This document shows, one piece after another, positions 62,501 through 64,000 of a stretch of DNA of 64,000 nt. Positions within the stretch are counted from its first letter, which is position 1, and every line of letters starts with the position of its first letter. The translations under genes were made by a program, and so were the position numbers. Under the pieces are notes generated by a model. The model saw only the letters and a list, made by a program, of their open reading frames with translations, searched no databases and was not told where the DNA came from. Origin of the DNA: an uncultured Planctomycetales bacterium (GTDB lineage: Bacteria > Omnitrophota > Gorgyraeia > Gygaellales > Profunditerraquicolaceae); contig CAYPRG010000001.1 of the NCBI GenBank assembly GCA_964413025.1, forward strand, positions 464 to 64,463. The letters run 5' to 3'.

Positions 62501-64000
62501 GCACCCCAAACCATCATCATCGGATTGATTGTGCCAATATGAGGATTCCTGCCGTGATAGGAAGCCCAGGCTACTCTCCAAACGCTTTGCCCAGGATAAG
62601 TCCTAACCCAAGCATCATAATTAGTAGCGATAGGATAATACATATAAATGTTGTTGCCAATCCACTGGTTCTTAACTGATGGGGGTATTTGGACATCATC
62701 GGGAGATTTATGCCGCGCCATATTAACTCTGGCTTTCTCGGCTCCAATAATGAAATTGGCTAATCGGTTAACTACTTCAAAAGGAGCGCGGATATTCTTG
62801 TCTCTCCTCAGAGCCATAAGTATGCCTACCGCATCTTCATTTCTCCATCTAATGAAATCATCAGCCCACTGACGAGGTGTCTTGCCGGTTATGTCCGGGA
62901 TACCAGGCAACACATCTTCGACTTTAGCAAGAGCCGGCATTTCTAATAAATTCCCTTCGGCATCTAATCTAAACTCATCTCCTTCTCCCCACAAAGCTAC
63001 TTCATGATATATATGTTTCAGCTTTATATCTACCAAGCGCTGATAATCAGGATAGTCAGCCTTAAATAATCTTTCATCGCTATCCATGGCGTCTTCGTTC
63101 TTTTTGCTGATAATTTCATATATTTCCGTGGGGCTCATATAAAGATACTTATCATTATCTTTATGTCTTAAGCGTTGTAAGACATCGCCATATTTATAAT
63201 CCCCTAACTGTCCGCTCACAAATAGATGCATTTCAAATTGATCGCGCCCCATAGCCTCTGTTGCCGCGTAGTTGCTCGGAAGTATTTCGCTTACCCAAGT
63301 GCTTAATATATTAAGTATTTTAGCTAAATCCTCTCTTGCTTTGTCTCTAATATTCTTTTCTTTATCGTTAACCTTCAGCAACCCCGCTTCTTCGCCTTTT
63401 CCAATAAGCTTAGTAAGAATATCCGCCCATTCCCATTCTTTATTGCCGTCATCTACTATATTTGACAAGAATTTAACGACCTCTTCTCTTCCTACTTCTT
63501 CGCTTATGCGTTCTTTAACATTTTCCCATTCCGTATCTTTATATTTCCTGGCTAAATAACCTAACAGGTTAGTCTCTATATCTTTACCGTCTTCTTTATC
63601 ATCAAAAGTCCCATACAACAGATAGTCTTCGGGAGCAAAGAAATACTTTTCTTTAAACGCGTGCAGGTTGCTACTATTAGACTCTAAAACCGCATAAACA
63701 TCGGTACCGGGTTTTTTCTGGCTAATGCTAAAAAATTTATTGTAGATAACCATGCGGGCTTTTTTAGATTTAGGGGCAACAAATTCTCCGCCCTCTTGCC
63801 TGGCTAACGCCATAAGCCATTTATCTTTCTCTATATTGCTCAGATACATCTTCTTATGCAGCCAGATTATATCTTCAGCAATACTTTCTGCTACCGTCTG
63901 GTCGTTAGGGAAAAGCTGCATATATTTATCTTCAACTTCTTGAAATTCTTCAAACCATTTTCTATAGGACTTCTCCCAATAAGCGGCAGACAGACGGAAA
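20560..64000 (-). CDS. Giant ORF B, 5'-truncated by the window edge. It spans >=14,480 codons, ends at TAG 20560-20562, and encodes a multi-domain mosaic protein.
   Basis: Minus frame with codons at +3k+1..3k+3. Apart from 20560-62, no TTA/CTA/TCA triplets were found in about 130 sampled 60-nt lines between 20581 and 64000; 20581-21000 was checked contiguously. The ORF track reports no ORF in this frame. Many conserved catalytic motifs translate in this one frame; they are listed as separate features. Confidence 0.8.
20563..20650 (-). other. C-terminal transmembrane segment of ORF B.
   Basis: +20581-20640 translates [21 protein letters not shown], directly preceding IDLFGL*. Confidence 0.5.
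21800..23500 (-). other. GH57 glycoside hydrolase domain (alpha-amylase, branching enzyme or 4-alpha-glucanotransferase family).
   Basis: +23341-23460 translates LALVLHHHLPFVRHPEYDNFLEEWWYF (region I). +22801-22920 translates SPRGIWLPECAYYPGLDVFLREAGINFFLTD (region III, the WLPECAY nucleophile motif). +22261-22320 translates AELFGHWWYEGQDF. Confidence 0.8.
24600..25300 (-). other. CCA-adding or poly(A)-polymerase-type nucleotidyltransferase head domain.
   Basis: +25201-25260 translates VMGGAVRDIFFSNESGDIDI: the GGxVRD motif followed by a D-x-D metal site. Confidence 0.65.
25500..26500 (-). other. HEAT (PBS-lyase type) repeat array.
   Basis: +26041-26100 translates DSSVRKAAARALGQIHNVWA; the surrounding translation shows the repeated D.D..VR..A..ALG pattern. 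Confidence 0.55.
26900..28400 (-). other. Glucose-6-phosphate isomerase-like domain.
   Basis: +28081-28140 translates IAVIPSSKSGSTDETMIVFV, the PGI SKSGxTxET signature. Confidence 0.65.
28700..30300 (-). other. Alpha-D-phosphohexomutase (phosphoglucomutase/phosphomannomutase) domain.
   Basis: +29821-29880 translates LTASHNKYTDGGFKFSPYHG, the active-site T-A-S-H-N phosphoserine loop. Confidence 0.75.
31700..32250 (-). other. GGDEF diguanylate-cyclase domain.
   Basis: +31981-32100 translates KEISELIKKRVRRPDIACRIGGEEFTVILPHTEEDLAYYT. Confidence 0.8.
33100..34200 (-). other. HEAT (PBS-lyase type) repeat array.
   Basis: +33541-33600 translates KDEEWHIRAAVLEALGNFKN; repeat units flank it. Confidence 0.55.
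34200..35400 (-). other. HExxH zinc-metallopeptidase-like module with transmembrane helices.
   Basis: +35281-35400 translates HYGKICSIPGKNIRHIVAQVMLNHEISHLIANSFDSAFEK. Hydrophobic helices lie C-terminal to it (about +34250-35100). Confidence 0.5.
35800..36700 (-). other. Class I SAM-dependent methyltransferase-like domain.
   Basis: +36421-36540 translates EQIYGIDLRKGKHLVLDIGVGALPVTTGELASKLRKLNPG. Confidence 0.55.
37300..37600 (-). other. Possible caspase-fold (clan CD or CHAT-like) His/Cys dyad segment. This call is tentative.
   Basis: +37381-37560 translates ASLIFILAHGSRDSMHLGRESWLTSKDLKKQIGEAQYLLEDKGAIVLNSCSTGK. The H-G ... C-x-x-G arrangement only is seen. Confidence 0.25.
37800..38200 (-). 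other. Transmembrane helix cluster.
   Basis: +38041-38100 translates GSLLITILALAIGVNQSAAN. Confidence 0.45.
38200..41800 (-). other. Large glycoside hydrolase or phosphorylase-like module, apparently a beta-sandwich followed by an (alpha/alpha)6-barrel type domain.
   Basis: +38821-38940 translates [40 protein letters not shown]. By-eye upstream translation gives ...HGEGFWSDHWTYNLDLLDSF.... The family assignment is uncertain. Confidence 0.35.
41800..42550 (-). other. P-loop kinase domain (uridine kinase/phosphoribulokinase-like).
   Basis: +42421-42480 translates MAVVSVDGASGSGKTTIAEE. Confidence 0.55.
42700..43350 (-). other. HxGH-motif (cytidylyl/adenylyltransferase-type, NadD-like) nucleotidyltransferase domain.
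   Basis: +43201-43260 translates GNPLNWGHILIALMGINLLD. The by-eye upstream reading is KIGFLPITGNPLNWGH. Confidence 0.45.
43500..43950 (-). other. GNAT N-acetyltransferase domain.
   Basis: +43741-43800 translates KWHAMAVSFDYEGQGIGRHL (motif A, Q-x-x-G-x-G). Confidence 0.6.
44500..45700 (-). other. Phosphofructokinase (PFK family A) domain.
   Basis: +45601-45660 translates FVKRLGILTGGGPASGHNEV. +45241-45300 translates LHEEHPEFLLIGLPKTMDND. Confidence 0.8.
46300..46700 (-). other. Nudix hydrolase domain.
   Basis: +46441-46560 translates KFPHLWTIFGGHVSVGSDYLNSAVREVIEEADI, matching the Nudix box GX5EX7REUXEEXGU. Confidence 0.7.
46900..48350 (-). other. GT20 trehalose-6-phosphate synthase (OtsA-like) domain.
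   Basis: +47041-47160 translates NLFPIDEWVGLCLACDAAIVNSLRDGMNLVVKVFAALNDP. +47881-47940 translates GYRDYKAVNRRFGQIIAQLI. Confidence 0.75.
49400..49700 (-). other. Pol-beta-type nucleotidyltransferase motif (GlnD/GlnE or MNT-like).
   Basis: +49501-49620 translates VAINTAVCSFARGVMVRGSDIDDLYVYLKG. Confidence 0.55.
49750..50250 (-). other. Transmembrane helix cluster.
   Basis: +49981-50040 translates QALIEQVIFWGAALALTPAL; the flanking translation is hydrophobic. Confidence 0.45.
50300..52900 (-). other. Alpha-glucan phosphorylase-like (GT35-type) domain. This call is tentative.
   Basis: +51301-51360 translates HHYNHTIVPAGMPYYNSYLF. The remainder was read by eye only. Confidence 0.35.
52950..53450 (-). 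other. HEAT repeat array.
   Basis: +53221-53280 translates LTLALRDPHRRYSAIKALGE. Confidence 0.5.
53450..53900 (-). other. Transmembrane helix cluster.
   Basis: +53641-53700 translates VARLVSIIRKVIIYSLYKGV; the adjacent segments are hydrophobic. Confidence 0.45.
53950..54500 (-). other. 2H phosphoesterase (LigT/2',5'-RNA-ligase-like) domain.
   Basis: +54301-54360 translates IPSDLLHTSLFSSLINDCNN (first HxTx). +54061-54120 translates DNKHYTPLVHISLGRIVNKI (second HxSx). Confidence 0.7.
55550..56000 (-). other. HEAT/ARM-like repeats.
   Basis: +55681-55740 translates NDKRAIEALVIALGCGVWEA. Confidence 0.45.
56800..57400 (-). other. Transmembrane helix cluster.
   Basis: +56821-56880 translates SILGFSLVTSIAIPVGIGLF. 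Confidence 0.5.
57400..57760 (-). other. GNAT N-acetyltransferase domain.
   Basis: +57541-57600 translates CPIYINQMAVSPSHRREGIA. Confidence 0.6.
59000..60300 (-). other. UDPGP-family nucleotidyltransferase (UTP-glucose-1-phosphate uridylyltransferase-like) domain.
   Basis: +59941-60060 translates REISKVTGIPEYNIHLLCLDAGLGTSLRRKKMVWQIFRRT. Confidence 0.5.
61400..62150 (-). other. Polytopic transmembrane region with several helices.
   Basis: +61561-61620 translates GAAAIILYLLASLSFLSGMR. The by-eye flanking translation is strongly hydrophobic over about 250 aa. Confidence 0.55.

Noticed and set aside
1-64000. Alternative genetic code or stop-codon reassignment as the explanation for the missing stops.
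   Set aside because: All three stop codons are absent from only one of six frames, while TAA, TAG and TGA occur at normal density in the other five. That is the signature of genuine coding, not recoding.
1-64000. CRISPR arrays, tRNA or rRNA genes, IS elements or integrases, promoters and terminators.
   Set aside because: No direct-repeat/spacer periodicity, no cloverleaf-like or rRNA-like segments, and no inverted-repeat-flanked transposase were seen. The window appears to contain no intergenic DNA at all.

Overview
No ordinary gene-by-gene organisation is visible in this window. One reading frame on the minus strand (codons occupying + positions 3k+1..3k+3) is open across essentially all 64,000 nt. 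I checked this frame triplet-by-triplet over about 200 sixty-nucleotide lines spread through the window, and contiguously over 1-2760, 19321-21000 and many shorter stretches. The only in-frame stop I found is a single TAG at 20560-20562 (+ strand 'cta'). The ORF track agrees: it reports nothing in this frame, and its longest ORF is 217 aa and antisense. An ORF caller that needs both ends inside the window would miss a frame that runs off both edges. The window therefore appears to be the interior of one or two giant genes, each running off a window edge. One covers >=14,480 codons upstream of the TAG (20563-64000, 5' end beyond the window). A second covers >=6,850 codons downstream of it (1-20559, 3' end beyond the window start). 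No promoter, RBS-plus-ATG start, terminator, tRNA, rRNA, CRISPR or mobile element was recognised anywhere. Reading the frame shows a long chain of recognisable domains that are normally separate proteins, all in the same frame and joined by linkers rather than intergenic DNA. The motifs below were re-derived base-by-base. Moving from the N-terminal side (high coordinates) to the C-terminal side (low coordinates), gene B contains a multi-TM region, a UDP-glucose-pyrophosphorylase-like domain (LLCLDAGLGTSL), a GNAT domain, several HEAT arrays, a 2H phosphoesterase (LHTSLF/HISLGR) and an alpha-glucan-phosphorylase-like segment (HTIVPAG). It continues with a Pol-beta nucleotidyltransferase, trehalose-6-P synthase GT20 (NSLRDGMNLVV), Nudix (GGHVSVGSDYLNSAVREVIEE), phosphofructokinase (RLGILTGGGPASGHN, PKTMDND), a second GNAT, an HxGH nucleotidyltransferase, a PRK/uridine-kinase P-loop (VDGASGSGKTT), an (alpha/alpha)6-type GH module, a SAM-MTase (VLDIGVG), an HExxH peptidase (HEISH), GGDEF (RIGGEEF), phosphoglucomutase (LTASHN), glucose-6-P isomerase (SKSGSTDET), a CCA/polyA-type NTase (GGAVRD), GH57 (WLPECAY, AELFGHWWYEG) and a C-terminal TM. 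Gene A, immediately after the TAG, contains a MalK-like ABC ATPase ([29 protein letters not shown]), DUF218 (STNTEEN), patatin (GGGVKG, GTSAGG), a SAM-MTase (LDVGSGDG), a minimal NTase, a GH13 alpha-amylase core ([15 protein letters not shown]), a sigma-70 domain ([16 protein letters not shown] and a region-4 HTH), tandem 180-aa repeats, a TM segment and a clan GH-A hydrolase (LGNENN, VAEFG). In short, this is the interior of an enormous, apparently membrane-threaded mosaic protein or protein pair. It resembles the giant genes reported from metagenomes, but is unusually rich in central glucose/glycogen/trehalose metabolism enzymes plus transcription and signalling modules. Domain boundaries are approximate because all translation was done by eye.
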